This document shows, piece after piece, positions 25,630 to 35,436 of a stretch of 64,000 nucleotides of DNA. The translations under genes were made by a program, and so were the position numbers. Source of the DNA: Actinomycetota bacterium (lineage in GTDB: Bacteria; Actinomycetota; CALGFH01); contig DATLQA010000154.1 in assembly GCA_035535495.1 (NCBI GenBank), positions 2,354 to 66,353 of the forward strand. The letters are read 5' to 3'. Position 1 is the stretch's first letter, and each line of letters begins with the position of its first letter. The notes under the pieces were generated by a model. It ran no database searches. It saw only the letters and a program-made list of their open reading frames with translations, and was not told the DNA's origin.

Positions 25630-27252
25630 GTGACCACGACCGTCGGCGACCTGCTCGCGATCGAGGACCTGTCGCTCCGGCTGGTCGCGGGCCAGGCCGG
25701 CGTGGACCGGCCGATCCGCTGGGCGCACGTCTCCGAGCTGGACGACCCGACCCGCTGGCTGCGTGGCGGCGAGATCCTGCTGACCACCGGGCTCGGTCTG
25801 GGCAAGGCGGCGAGCGCCCAGGCCCGGTTCGTCGAGCAGCTCGCGCGGGCCAAGCTGGCCGGGCTCGGCCTTGGCCTCGGCTTCGCCTTCGACCAGACAC
25901 CGGCCGCGGTGGCCGGCGCCGCCGACGCCGCCGGCTTCCCGGTGTTCGAGGTCCCGTTCGAGATCCCCTTCATCGCCATCACCGAGGCGTTGTTCTCCCG
26001 GCTGGTCAACGAGCAGTACGTGCTCCTGCAGCGGGCGGGCACGGTGCAGCAGACCCTCTCCCGCCTGCTGGTCGACGCGGCCGGTCTGGATGCGCTGCTC
26101 GGTGCGTACGCCCGCATGACCGGCACGGCCGCGCTCCTGTTCGACCTCCACGGCGAGGTGGCGGCCAGCTCGCCCGAGGCCGCCCGCCTGCTCGACGCCC
26201 GCGTGGCCTGGGAAGAGGTGCAGGCGCTCCGGCCCGAGGAGGGCGACTTCGCCGCCAGCCTCTCGGGGCGGAACGGGAGCCGCTCGCTCCTGCCCATCCT
26301 GGTCGGTGGGGCGCCAAAGGCGTTCCTGGTGATCGCCAGGTCGGGCCGTGCCGAGCCGTTCCACCAGGTGGTCAGCCATCACCTGGCCACCGCCATCGCG
26401 CTCGAGCTGGCCAAGAGCCAGGCGGTCGCCCGCACCGAGCGGCGCCTGGTCGGCGACTTCCTCGACGCGCTCCTGGAAGGCGAGCTGTCCAGCGACGAGA
26501 CCGCCAGGCGGCTGCGCTTCCTCGGCCTCGGTGCCGCGCAGTCGATCGCCGCTCTGGTCGGCCGCCCCGAGCCGACCGGCGCCAACGGCTCGGCGGAGCG
26601 CGATCAGCCCGGAGGCGGCCCGCCGGAGGATCGCGTGGAGGGCCTGCACCGGCTGGTCGAGGACCGGCTCTCCCGCCGTCCCGCGCCCTATGTGTCCAGC
26701 ATCCACGACGGCGCGGTGGTGGCCCTGTTCGAGGCGGCCGACCCGGCCGACGCGCGCGCCGCGGTCGAGGCGGTGGCGGAGACGGCCAGCGCCCGAGGCG
26801 TGGCCGCCCGCTTCGGTCTCGGCATGCCAGAGGCCGATCCGCGCGCTCCCCGCCGTGCCTACCAGGAGGCCCGCTTCGCCCTCGACGCGGCGCATGCCCA
26901 TGGCGACAGCCGCGTGGCCTGCATCGACGACCTCGGCAGCCACCGACTGCTGCTCGCGCTCCAGCACGAGGCGGCGCTGGACGCGTTCTCGCGTGGCCTG
27001 CTCGCACCTTTGCGCGCCTACGACCGCCGCCAGCACGGCGAGCTGGTGGCCAGCCTGCGGACCTTTCTCGAGCACAACGGCAACTGGGAGTCGGCCGCCC
27101 GCGCCCTCGGCGTCCACCGCCACACCCTCCGCTACCGCATCCGCCGGGTGGTCGAGCTGACCGGCCGCGACCTCGACGCGGCGGCCGACCGCGTCGAGTT
27201 CTGGCTCGCCCTTCAGGCCGAGCAGATCCTCGCCGCCCGCCGCCGCTCCTGA
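25630..27252 (+). CDS. PucR-family transcriptional regulator
   Basis: N-terminal purine-catabolism PurC-like domain 'LLAIEDLSLRLVAGQAGVDRPIRWAHVSELDDPTRWLRGGEILLTTG' and C-terminal PucR HTH 'ARALGVHRHTLRYRIRRVVELTG'. GTG start with GGAGGG upstream. Divergent from the gabT operon. Confidence 0.8.
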   Translation: MTTTVGDLLAIEDLSLRLVAGQAGVDRPIRWAHVSELDDPTRWLRGGEILLTTGLGLGKAASAQARFVEQLARAKLAGLGLGLGFAFDQTPAAVAGAADAAGFPVFEVPFEIPFIAITEALFSRLVNEQYVLLQRAGTVQQTLSRLLVDAAGLDALLGAYARMTGTAALLFDLHGEVAASSPEAARLLDARVAWEEVQALRPEEGDFAASLSGRNGSRSLLPILVGGAPKAFLVIARSGRAEPFHQVVSHHLATAIALELAKSQAVARTERRLVGDFLDALLEGELSSDETARRLRFLGLGAAQSIAALVGRPEPTGANGSAERDQPGGGPPEDRVEGLHRLVEDRLSRRPAPYVSSIHDGAVVALFEAADPADARAAVEAVAETASARGVAARFGLGMPEADPRAPRRAYQEARFALDAAHAHGDSRVACIDDLGSHRLLLALQHEAALDAFSRGLLAPLRAYDRRQHGELVASLRTFLEHNGNWESAARALGVHRHTLRYRIRRVVELTGRDLDAAADRVEFWLALQAEQILAARRRS

Positions 27253-27588
27253 CCCGGTCTTCGCATGCCGGACGGTCGACCTGGACGGTTAGGAGAGGAT
27301 TGTCCGCCGATCCGTCCAACCTCCCCCCGCGGCAAGGGTCGATTCGTACATAGACGGGCTGACAGGCGGTGATAGCGTGCCCAACAGCCTGTTCGATCGT
27401 ATAGTGCGTGATCACCGGCAGGAGCGCGATCGGCAGGGACGGCGAGGTTGGACGTCCGCGCGGGCGGGCCTCTCCGAAACAGAGGCGCCGCGCCGGGCGC
27501 CGCCTCACGCCCGCGTCTGCCCGCCGTGCAGCCGGGACCAGCGAGCCCACCGGCCGCCCCCGCGGCCCTAGGACAGTTGAGAGGGCAG

Positions 27589-28779
27589 ATGGTAGAGGCC
27601 AGGCTCCGGGTGGACGCCCAGTCGGAAGCGGGCGGTCAGGGTGGCGAGCTGCCCGCGATCCAGCTCGAGAGCGTGATCAAGCACTTCCCGGCAGGGTCGG
27701 GCAACGTCCAGGCGGTCGAGCAGATCGACCTGTCCATCGCCGAGGGTGAGTTCTTCTCCCTCCTGGGCCCGTCCGGCTGCGGCAAGACCACCACCCTGCG
27801 GATGATCGCCGGGTTCGAGGAGCCGACCGGCGGGCGCATCCTGCTCCACGGCCGCGACGTGGTGGGCGTGCCCCCGTACCGGCGCGACGTCAACATGGTC
27901 TTCCAGCACTACGCCCTGTTCCCCCACATGAACGTGTTCGACAACGTCGCCTTCGGCCTGCGCCGCAAGAAGGTCCCCGGCGACGAGATCAAGCGCCGGG
28001 TGGGGCAGATGCTCGAGCTGGTCGAGCTGGGGGGCAAAGAGGGCCGCCGGCCCCAGCAGCTCTCCGGCGGCCAGCAGCAGCGGGTCGCGCTGGCTCGGGC
28101 GCTGGTCAACCACCCGAGGGCGCTGCTGCTGGACGAGCCGCTCGGCGCGCTCGACCTCAAGCTCCGCCAGGCCATGCAGCTCGAGCTGAAGCGCATCCAG
28201 CGCGAGGTCGGCATCACCTTCGTGTACGTCACCCACGACCAGGGCGAGGCGCTGACCATGTCGGACCGCCTGGCGGTGATGAACCGGGGACGCATCGAGC
28301 AGCTCGGTAACCCGCGCGACCTGTACGAGCACCCCGGCACCCGATTCGTCGCCGGGTTCATCGGCACCTCCAACATCCTCACCGGGCGGGTCGACCGGCG
28401 AGAGGGCGAGCTCGGCGTGGTCGAGCTCGGCCCGGACGAGCGGGTACTCGTCCCGCTGAGGACGGGCGCCCGCGCGGGCGAACAGGTCGACGTGGCGGTC
28501 CGGCCGGAGAAGATCTCCCTGATGGAAGCGGACGCGGCCTCGGCGGTCCCCGACGACTGCTGCCGTGTTCGTGGGCGCGTCACCGAAGTCGTCTACCTCG
28601 GCACCTCGACGACCTACAACCTGACCGTAACGGGTGGGACGGAAGTGACGGTCTTCCGTCAGAACGCGACCCTGGGCCCGGAGTTCCAGGCCGCGCAGGG
28701 GCACGAGCTGTGGCTGGTGTGGGCGCCGGAGCACTCCTACGTGCTCGCGCAGGAGCCGCAGACCAAGGAGGAACGCTAG
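27589..28779 (+). CDS. potA: Spermidine/putrescine ABC transporter ATP-binding protein
   Basis: Walker A 'GPSGCGKTT', signature 'LSGGQQQRVALARAL', Walker B 'LLLDEP' and a C-terminal TOBE domain. GAGAGGG Shine-Dalgarno. Confidence 0.85.
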   Translation: MVEARLRVDAQSEAGGQGGELPAIQLESVIKHFPAGSGNVQAVEQIDLSIAEGEFFSLLGPSGCGKTTTLRMIAGFEEPTGGRILLHGRDVVGVPPYRRDVNMVFQHYALFPHMNVFDNVAFGLRRKKVPGDEIKRRVGQMLELVELGGKEGRRPQQLSGGQQQRVALARALVNHPRALLLDEPLGALDLKLRQAMQLELKRIQREVGITFVYVTHDQGEALTMSDRLAVMNRGRIEQLGNPRDLYEHPGTRFVAGFIGTSNILTGRVDRREGELGVVELGPDERVLVPLRTGARAGEQVDVAVRPEKISLMEADAASAVPDDCCRVRGRVTEVVYLGTSTTYNLTVTGGTEVTVFRQNATLGPEFQAAQGHELWLVWAPEHSYVLAQEPQTKEER

Positions 28780-28781
28780 CG

Positions 28782-29933
28782 ATGCCACGCGACCGTGACG
28801 GCAACGAGCTGAACCTGCTCATCCAGCGGCCAGGCGCCCGCATCGGGAGGCGCCAGGCCATGCGGGTGGCCGCCCTCCTCGGGGCGGCGGGGGCCCTGGA
28901 CGCGTGCTCCGGCGACACCTCGACCGGGGGCCAGAGCCAGAGCGCCACCACCCTCGACACGCCAGAGGAGAAGGTCCTCAACTTCTACAACTGGTCGGAC
29001 TACATCGACGAGAAGACCATCCCCAACTTCCAGAAGCAGAACGGCATCAAGGTCAACTACGACAACTACTCCTCCAACGAGGACCTGCTGTCGAAGATGC
29101 GGGCCGGCCGGACCCAGTACGACATCATCGTGCCGACCAACTGGTTCGTCCCCACCTACCTGCGGCTCGACCTGCTGCAGCCGATCCGCATGGATCTCGT
29201 GCCGAACGCCAAGAACCTCGACCCCACCTTCGTGAAGGCCGACTACGACCCCGAGGGCAAGTACACGATCCCCTGGCAGTGGGGCACCACCGGCCTCGGC
29301 TACAACACCACCAAGGTGCCGGGCGGCGAGCTCGACTCCTGGAAGTCGCTCTACGAGCCCGACGCCGGCCTCTCCGGCAAGATCTCGATGCTCAGAGAGG
29401 TCACCGACGTCATCGCCTCCACCCTGATCTACCTCGGCAAGGACCCCAACTCCACCGACCCGGCCGACATGAAGGCGGTGCAGGACACCGTCCGCGAACT
29501 CAAGCCGAAGCTCAAGAAGTTCACCAGCGACACCTACATCGACGAGTTGACCGCCAACGAGACCTGGCTGGCCCAGGGGTGGAGCGGCGACGTGTTCCAG
29601 GCCGCCGACGAGAACGACAAGGTCACCTACGTGATCCCCAAGGAGGGGTCGCTGCAGTGGGCGGACGTGATGTGCGTTCCGAAGACCGCCCCGCACCCCA
29701 AGAACGCGGCCAAGTTCATGAACTACGTGCTCGACCCCAAGATCGCCGCGCAGATCTCGGCCTACGTCTCCTACGGCACCCCGGTCACCGCGGCCAAGCA
29801 GCTGATCCCCAAGGAGCAGCTCGACGACCCGAGCATCTACCCGCCGTCGTCGATCAAGCTGCACATCGTCACCCTGTCGGGGCCGAAGATCCAGACCTGG
29901 CAGACCGCCTTCGATGGCATCCTCTCCAGCTGA
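28782..29933 (+). CDS. potD: Spermidine/putrescine ABC transporter substrate-binding (lipo)protein
   Basis: PotD/PotF family blocks 'LNFYNWSDYI', 'YDIIVPTNW' and 'IPWQWGTTGLGYN'. Signal peptide with RR and the lipobox-like 'GALDAC'. The start may instead be ATG 28860, which has a GGGAGG Shine-Dalgarno. Confidence 0.8.
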   Translation: MPRDRDGNELNLLIQRPGARIGRRQAMRVAALLGAAGALDACSGDTSTGGQSQSATTLDTPEEKVLNFYNWSDYIDEKTIPNFQKQNGIKVNYDNYSSNEDLLSKMRAGRTQYDIIVPTNWFVPTYLRLDLLQPIRMDLVPNAKNLDPTFVKADYDPEGKYTIPWQWGTTGLGYNTTKVPGGELDSWKSLYEPDAGLSGKISMLREVTDVIASTLIYLGKDPNSTDPADMKAVQDTVRELKPKLKKFTSDTYIDELTANETWLAQGWSGDVFQAADENDKVTYVIPKEGSLQWADVMCVPKTAPHPKNAAKFMNYVLDPKIAAQISAYVSYGTPVTAAKQLIPKEQLDDPSIYPPSSIKLHIVTLSGPKIQTWQTAFDGILSS

Positions 29934-30840
29934 GCACCAGGCGCTCGCACCGGCGCCCAGCTCGCCGGCGCGCGAGACGCTCCTGCGCGCAGGCGACCGG
30001 GTGCGCCGCTTCACCGGGACGCTCCTGGTCCTCCCCGGCGCCTTGTGGCTGCTGGTGCTGTTCTTCGTGCCGCTCGGCTACGTGGCGGTCTACTCGGTGG
30101 CCACCAACGTCGACTTCGCGGTGGTCTCCTTCGGGTTCGACCTGTCCAACTTCCGCCAGGCGCTCGACACGCCCGGGCTGGTCGCCTCGACCATCCGGGC
30201 GGCCACCTACGCGCTGAGCGCCACCCTGATCGCCCTGGTGATCGCCTACCCGCTCGCCTATTTCATCGCGCGCCGCGGCGGCCACTACAAGAACTTCCTG
30301 ATCGTGCTGATCATGCTCCCCTTCTTCTCCAGCTACCTGATCCGGGTGTTCGCCTGGGTCACGCTGCTGCGCGGCGAAGGGGTGGTGAACACCGCCCTGA
30401 CCGGCCTCGGCGTGCTGAAGGAGCCGATCGGCTTCCTCGGCACGCCGTTCGCCGTGATCATCGTGCTCGCCTACGACTACCTGCCGTTCATGGTCCTGCC
30501 CCTGTACGTGGCGCTGGAACGGCTCGACCCTGCCCTCCTCGAGGCGTCGAAGGACCTCGGCGCGACCAAGAGCGTGACCTTCGCCAAGGTCACCTGGCCG
30601 CTGGCGATGCCGGGGGTGGTCGCCGGGCTGCTGCTGGTGTTCGTGCCCGCGCTCGGGGACTTCGTCACCGCCGAGCTGGTCGGCGGCGTCCGCACCCAGG
30701 TGGTCGGCCAGGTCGTCTACCGCCAGTTCCTGAGCTTCCAGAACTACCCGCTCGGCTCGGCTCTGGCCTTCCTGCTGATGGGCATCAGCCTGCTGGCCGC
30801 CCTGCTGATCACCCGGATCCTCGGACGGGAGTCGTTCTGA
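29914..30840 (+). CDS. potB: Spermidine/putrescine ABC transporter permease
   Basis: 6-TM permease with the EAA-like loop 'EASKDLGATKSVTFAKVTWP'. The start overlaps the potD end. Confidence 0.85.
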   Translation: MASSPAEHQALAPAPSSPARETLLRAGDRVRRFTGTLLVLPGALWLLVLFFVPLGYVAVYSVATNVDFAVVSFGFDLSNFRQALDTPGLVASTIRAATYALSATLIALVIAYPLAYFIARRGGHYKNFLIVLIMLPFFSSYLIRVFAWVTLLRGEGVVNTALTGLGVLKEPIGFLGTPFAVIIVLAYDYLPFMVLPLYVALERLDPALLEASKDLGATKSVTFAKVTWPLAMPGVVAGLLLVFVPALGDFVTAELVGGVRTQVVGQVVYRQFLSFQNYPLGSALAFLLMGISLLAALLITRILGRESF

Positions 30841-31724
30841 TGGCGGTCACCGCCCCCGCCGCCCGTCCGACCGCGGCACCGAACCTCGGGATCCGCCTGC
30901 GCCTGTGGTTGGAGGGCAAGCCGCTCGCGCTGGCGGCGATCGGCGCCTACGTGTTCCTGTTCGCGCCCCTGGTCATCCTGATCCTCTACAGCTTCAACGA
31001 CTCCCGCCGGATCGCCTGGGCCGGCTTCACCACCCACTGGTACGGCGATCTGTTCCGCGACCCGACCATCACCGCCGCGTTCCGGCAGAGCTTCAAGGTG
31101 GGCCTGCTGGCCACCCTGATCGCGACCGTGCTCGGCACCATGGTGGCGTTCGCGCTGACCAGGCACCGGGTGGTGGCCCGCGGCGGCACCGAGATCGCGC
31201 TGCTCGGCCCGATGATCACGCCCGAGGTGATCATGGCGGCGGGGCTCCTGATCCTGTTCGCCCAGTTCTCCCGGCTGCCCGGCCTGGTCGGCCGGACCTT
31301 CGGCCCCGGCCTCTGGGCGGTGGTGCTCAGCCACGTGATGTTCTGCATCCCGTTCGTGGTGGTCACCGTGCGGGCGCGGCTGCGGGTGATGGACCGCACC
31401 CTGGAGGAGGCAGCCGCCGACCTCGGCGCCGACCCGATCACCACCTTCCTCCGGGTGACCTTCCCGATCGCCCTGCCCGGCATCTTCGCCGGGGCTATGC
31501 TCGCCTTCACCCTCTCGTTCGACGACTTCGTGATCACCACGTTCACCTCGGGACCAGGCGTGACCACCGTGCCGCTCAAGGTCTTCTCCATGCTCAAGTT
31601 CGGCATCAGCCCCGTCATCAACGCCATCTCGGCCATCCTGATCCTCGGTACGACCTGCCTCGCCCTGCTCGCGCTGCGCTTCGGGGGCGGCACCCGCAGC
31701 GTGGCCGAGTCGCTCGCGGAGTGA
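30840..31724 (+). CDS. potC: Spermidine/putrescine ABC transporter permease
   Basis: Permease with 'EEAAADLGADPITTFLRVTFPIA'. ATG overlaps the potB TGA. Confidence 0.85.
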   Translation: MAVTAPAARPTAAPNLGIRLRLWLEGKPLALAAIGAYVFLFAPLVILILYSFNDSRRIAWAGFTTHWYGDLFRDPTITAAFRQSFKVGLLATLIATVLGTMVAFALTRHRVVARGGTEIALLGPMITPEVIMAAGLLILFAQFSRLPGLVGRTFGPGLWAVVLSHVMFCIPFVVVTVRARLRVMDRTLEEAAADLGADPITTFLRVTFPIALPGIFAGAMLAFTLSFDDFVITTFTSGPGVTTVPLKVFSMLKFGISPVINAISAILILGTTCLALLALRFGGGTRSVAESLAE

Positions 31725-31802
31725 CCCTCCGGCCGGCTGCGCCTCGCGCGCTTCCGGCGAGGCGCACGTCCGGCCACCGCTCGACCTCGCACTGGAGGCG
31801 CC

Positions 31803-33233
31803 ATGCGCAGGCTGCAGAACTTCATCGACGGCCAACTCACGGAGGCGGCCGACGGCCGGACCTCCACCCTGGTCAACCCGTCGACCGGTGAAGACTTCGC
31901 CGAGGCGCCGCTGTCGGGTCCGGCCGACATCGACGCCGCCTGCCAGGCGGCCGCCCGCGGATTCGAGAAGTGGCGCGACGCCACCCCGGCCGAGCGCGGC
32001 CTGGCGCTGTCCAGGCTCGCCGACGCGCTGGATGAGCGCGGCGAGGAGCTGGTCCGGCTCGAGTGCGAGAACACCGGCAAGCCCTTCCAGCTCACCATGG
32101 ACGAGGAACTCCCGCCCATGGTCGACCAGATCCGCTTCTTCGCCGGTGCCGCGCGGGTCCTGACCGGCCTGTCGACCGGCGAGTACATGGCCGGCCACAC
32201 CTCCATGATCCGGCGCGAGCCGGTGGGGGTCTGTGCCCAGGTCACGCCGTGGAACTACCCGGCGATGATGGCGGTGTGGAAGTTCGCGCCGGCGATCGCC
32301 GCCGGCAACGCGGTGGTCCTCAAGCCGTCCGATACCACCCCGGTGACCGCCGTGTGGCTGGCCGAGCTGGCCGCCGAGTTCCTCCCGCCCGGAGTGCTCA
32401 ACGTGGTCTGCGGCGACCGCGACACCGGCGCCACCCTGGTCGCCCACAAGATCCCGGCGATGGTGAGCATCACCGGCAGCGTCCGCGCCGGTCGCGAGGT
32501 CGCCAAGGCCGCCGCCGAGGACCTCAAGCGCGTCCACCTGGAGCTGGGCGGCAAGGCGCCGGTGATCGTGTTCGACGACGCCGACGTGGACGCCGCGGCC
32601 GAGGCGATCGCCGCCGCCGGGTACTTCAACGCCGGCCAGGACTGCACCGCCGCCACCAGGGTGCTCACCGCCGGGGGGGTCCACGACGATTTCCTCTCCG
32701 CGCTGGTGGAGCAGGCCAAGCAGACCAGGACCGGGCCGCCGGACGACGCCGACGTCCTCTACGGCCCGCTCAACAACGCCAACCAGCTCGAACGCGTCCG
32801 CGGCTTCCTCGAGCGTGCCCCCGGCCACGCCGAGGTGGTGGTCGGCGGCCACGCGCTCGGCGACCGTGGCGGCTTCTTCCACGAGCCCACCGTGGTGGAC
32901 GGCTTGGAGCAGGACGACGAGATGATCCAGCAGGAGGTCTTCGGCCCGGTCATCACCGTGCAGCGCTTCGACGACGAGGAGAAGGCGCTCGCCTGGGCGA
33001 ACGGCGTGGAGTACGGGCTCGCGTCGAGCGTCTGGACGCGCGACCACGGTCGCGCCATGCGGATGGCGAAGTCGCTCGACTTCGGCTGTGTCTGGATCAA
33101 CACCCACATCCCGCTGGTCGCCGAGATGCCCCACGGCGGCTTCAAGCACTACGGCTACGGCAAGGACCTCTCCCTCTTCGGCTTCGAGGACTACACCCGC
33201 ATCAAGCACGTGATGTCCAATATCGAGGCGTAG
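31803..33233 (+). CDS. NAD-dependent aldehyde dehydrogenase (gamma-aminobutyraldehyde dehydrogenase-like)
   Basis: ALDH motifs 'ELGGKAP' (catalytic Glu), '[11 protein letters not shown]' (catalytic Cys), 'VTPWNYP' and 'GTGATLVAH'. 476 aa. Confidence 0.85.
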   Translation: MRRLQNFIDGQLTEAADGRTSTLVNPSTGEDFAEAPLSGPADIDAACQAAARGFEKWRDATPAERGLALSRLADALDERGEELVRLECENTGKPFQLTMDEELPPMVDQIRFFAGAARVLTGLSTGEYMAGHTSMIRREPVGVCAQVTPWNYPAMMAVWKFAPAIAAGNAVVLKPSDTTPVTAVWLAELAAEFLPPGVLNVVCGDRDTGATLVAHKIPAMVSITGSVRAGREVAKAAAEDLKRVHLELGGKAPVIVFDDADVDAAAEAIAAAGYFNAGQDCTAATRVLTAGGVHDDFLSALVEQAKQTRTGPPDDADVLYGPLNNANQLERVRGFLERAPGHAEVVVGGHALGDRGGFFHEPTVVDGLEQDDEMIQQEVFGPVITVQRFDDEEKALAWANGVEYGLASSVWTRDHGRAMRMAKSLDFGCVWINTHIPLVAEMPHGGFKHYGYGKDLSLFGFEDYTRIKHVMSNIEA

Positions 33234-33369
33234 CCGCGCCAGCGCCGTAGCGGCGTGGGCGGCAGGGTCCGCCGTCTCGTCGCCATGCCGCCGTAACGCT
33301 TCCCGGACGCAGGCCGCCGATACTGGTGCCGTCGGTTGACGACGGCGCTGAAGGTGGCTGGATGCTCCG

Positions 33370-34641
33370 ATGACCACGACGGTGATCCCGGGCGCTCGGG
33401 CGGGCGGTCGCGGCCGGCCGTCGGCCGTGCTCGCATGGACGCTGTGGGCGTCGACGCTGCTCGGCCTGGCCGCGACCGCCTGGTTCGACCACCTGCTGCG
33501 CCGGGTCGGCAGGCCGGACCTGGCCCAGTTGACCGGCGAGGCCGTCACCATCGTGCTGGCGGCGGTGAGCGCGGCGACCGCCGGGGCTGTCCTGGCCAGC
33601 CGCCGGCCCGGCCATCCGGTGGGCTGGTTGCTGCTGGCCTTCGGGCTGGTGGGGCACGCGCTGACCAGCGCGGCCGAAGGGTACGCCCGCTACGGGTTGC
33701 TGGCTCGGCCGGGGGCGCTGCCAGCGGCCGACTACCTGGCCGCGTTCGCCTCGGCCACCTTCATCCCGAGCCTTGGCTGCATCGGCTTCATCCTGCTGCT
33801 CACCCCGACCGGCTCGCTGCCCTCGCCCCGCTGGCGGTGGTGGGCCTGGGTCGCGGCCGCGCTGCCGGCGGTCTTCGTGGTCGCGTGGCTGCTCGGGGCG
33901 GCGCAGCCGGACCCGGACGAGCCGTTGCGCTCGGTCAGCAACCCGCTGGCCATCCCCGCCCTGGCCGGTCCGCTCCGGGCCGTCGCCGGCATCACCGCTC
34001 CGGCAACCGCCCTGACCATGGTGGTCGCGGCCGGGTCGCTGGTGCTGCGCTTTCGCCGTGCCCGCGGCACCGAGCGCCAGCAGCTGCGCTGGCTGACGGT
34101 CGCCGCCGCGCTGGCGCCGCTGGCGGTGCTGGTCACCGCGGCCGGCATCATCACCGAGCACCCGACCGTCGCCAACTGGGCCGCTGGCCTGTACCTGACG
34201 CTGCTGCCGGTGGCCATCGGCGCGGCGATCCTGCGCTACCGGCTGTATGACATCGACCGGATCATCAGCCGCACGCTCGCCTACGGGCTGCTTACGCTGC
34301 TGCTGGGTGGCGGCTACGCCCTGGTGGTCCTGGGACTCGGCCAGCTCCTGGGCCGACGCTCCAGCCTGGTCGTGGCCGGCGCGACCCTGGCGGTGGCGGC
34401 GGCGTTCCAGCCGGCCCGCCGCCGCGTCCAGGCCGCGGTCGACCGGCGCTTCGATCGGCGCCGGTATGACGCCGCCCAGACGATCGCCGCGTTCAGCGCC
34501 CGGCTGCGCCAGCAGGTCGACCTGGACACCCTGACCGACGAGCTGCTCAGCGTGGTCGACCAGACCATGCAGCCGACCGTGGTGTCGCTGTGGCTCCGGC
34601 CGCCGCGGGCAGCGTCCAGCGAGGGGTTGGCGTCGCCGTAA
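33370..34641 (+). CDS. Hypothetical integral membrane protein (sensor-like 7-8 TM N-terminal domain, no kinase domain)
   Basis: Multiple TM helices, then the conserved-looking tail 'RYRLYDIDRIISRTLAYGLL…VDRRFDRRRYDAAQTIAAFSARLRQQVDLDTLTDELLSVVDQTMQP'. Confidence 0.55.
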   Translation: MTTTVIPGARAGGRGRPSAVLAWTLWASTLLGLAATAWFDHLLRRVGRPDLAQLTGEAVTIVLAAVSAATAGAVLASRRPGHPVGWLLLAFGLVGHALTSAAEGYARYGLLARPGALPAADYLAAFASATFIPSLGCIGFILLLTPTGSLPSPRWRWWAWVAAALPAVFVVAWLLGAAQPDPDEPLRSVSNPLAIPALAGPLRAVAGITAPATALTMVVAAGSLVLRFRRARGTERQQLRWLTVAAALAPLAVLVTAAGIITEHPTVANWAAGLYLTLLPVAIGAAILRYRLYDIDRIISRTLAYGLLTLLLGGGYALVVLGLGQLLGRRSSLVVAGATLAVAAAFQPARRRVQAAVDRRFDRRRYDAAQTIAAFSARLRQQVDLDTLTDELLSVVDQTMQPTVVSLWLRPPRAASSEGLASP

Positions 34642-34655
34642 CCGTCGACGCGGGC

Positions 34656-35285
34656 TCAGGGCGCTTCCGGGCCGGGGTCGGTCCCGGGGGGAGGGAAGCG
34701 GGCGAAACCCTTCCAGGCCAGGCCGGCCAGCTCGTCGGCGAGGTCGGCGGCGGGGAGGGGCCGGGACTCCGCCAGCCACCAGGTGGCGGCGCCCTCCGCC
34801 ATGCCGACCATGGCGGCGGCCAAGGCGCGCGCCCGGGTCTCGGGGAGGCCGGCCTCGGCCTGGATGATGGCGGTGATGCGCCCGGTGATCCACTCGCGGA
34901 AGCGCGCCACCCGTTCGCGGAAGGCGTCCTCGCGGCCGAGGGACGAGGAGAACAGCACCCGGAACGCGTCCTCGTGGACGGCGACGAAGTCGACGTAGGC
35001 GCCGAAGCCCTGGCGGAGGCGCTCGGCGTTGTCCTCGGCGTGGCCGATCGCGTCCTCGAAGGCCGCCTCCAGGCGGCCGAGCTCGATGGTGAGCAGGTCG
35101 GCGTAGAGGGCGTGCTTGGATGGGAAGTGCTGGTAGAGGACGGGCTTGGTGACCCCGGCCGCCTCGGCGATCGCCTCCATGGAAGCGCCCGTGTAGCCGT
35201 CCTGCGCGAACAGCCGGCAGGCGACCTCGAGGAGCTGCGCGCGGCGCTCGGCGGCAGGTAGGCGGATCCCGGCCGGTGTGGTCAA
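34656..35285 (-). CDS. TetR-family transcriptional regulator
   Basis: N-terminal HTH 'AQDGYTGASMEAIAEAAGVTKPVLYQHFPSK'. 209 aa. Divergent from the acyl-CoA dehydrogenase gene. Confidence 0.85.
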   Translation of the reverse strand: MTTPAGIRLPAAERRAQLLEVACRLFAQDGYTGASMEAIAEAAGVTKPVLYQHFPSKHALYADLLTIELGRLEAAFEDAIGHAEDNAERLRQGFGAYVDFVAVHEDAFRVLFSSSLGREDAFRERVARFREWITGRITAIIQAEAGLPETRARALAAAMVGMAEGAATWWLAESRPLPAADLADELAGLAWKGFARFPPPGTDPGPEAP

Positions 35286-35337
35286 CCGGTCCTCCCTTGT
35301 CTTCGGCGGCTTGGTGGCGCATGCTACCGGTTAGTAT

Positions 35338-35353
35338 GTTACTGAGGAGTAAC
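35338..35353. promoter_or_regulatory. Palindrome GTTACTgaggAGTAAC in the TetR / acyl-CoA-dehydrogenase intergenic region. Candidate TetR operator.
   Basis: Perfect 6-bp inverted repeat with a 4-bp spacer. It lies in a local low-GC island (…ggttagtatgttactgaggagtaacc…) between divergent genes. Confidence 0.4.
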
Positions 35354-35436
35354 CAGACCTCATTGGCGGAGTCGTTGGCTGAGCGATTGAACCAGCATCC
35401 CGGCAACGGGCTCGGGCTGGGAGAAAGGATGCCGCC

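Noticed and set aside
22571-27353. Long plus-strand ORFs (22571..24124, 23883..27353) over gabT and the saccharopine DH gene, and the N-terminal 199 codons of the 25033..27252 ORF
   Set aside because: Antisense or out-of-frame relative to the strongly supported gabT and saccharopine-DH genes. The PucR regulator start was placed at GTG 25630, where the conserved PurC-like domain begins and a GGAGGG Shine-Dalgarno is present.
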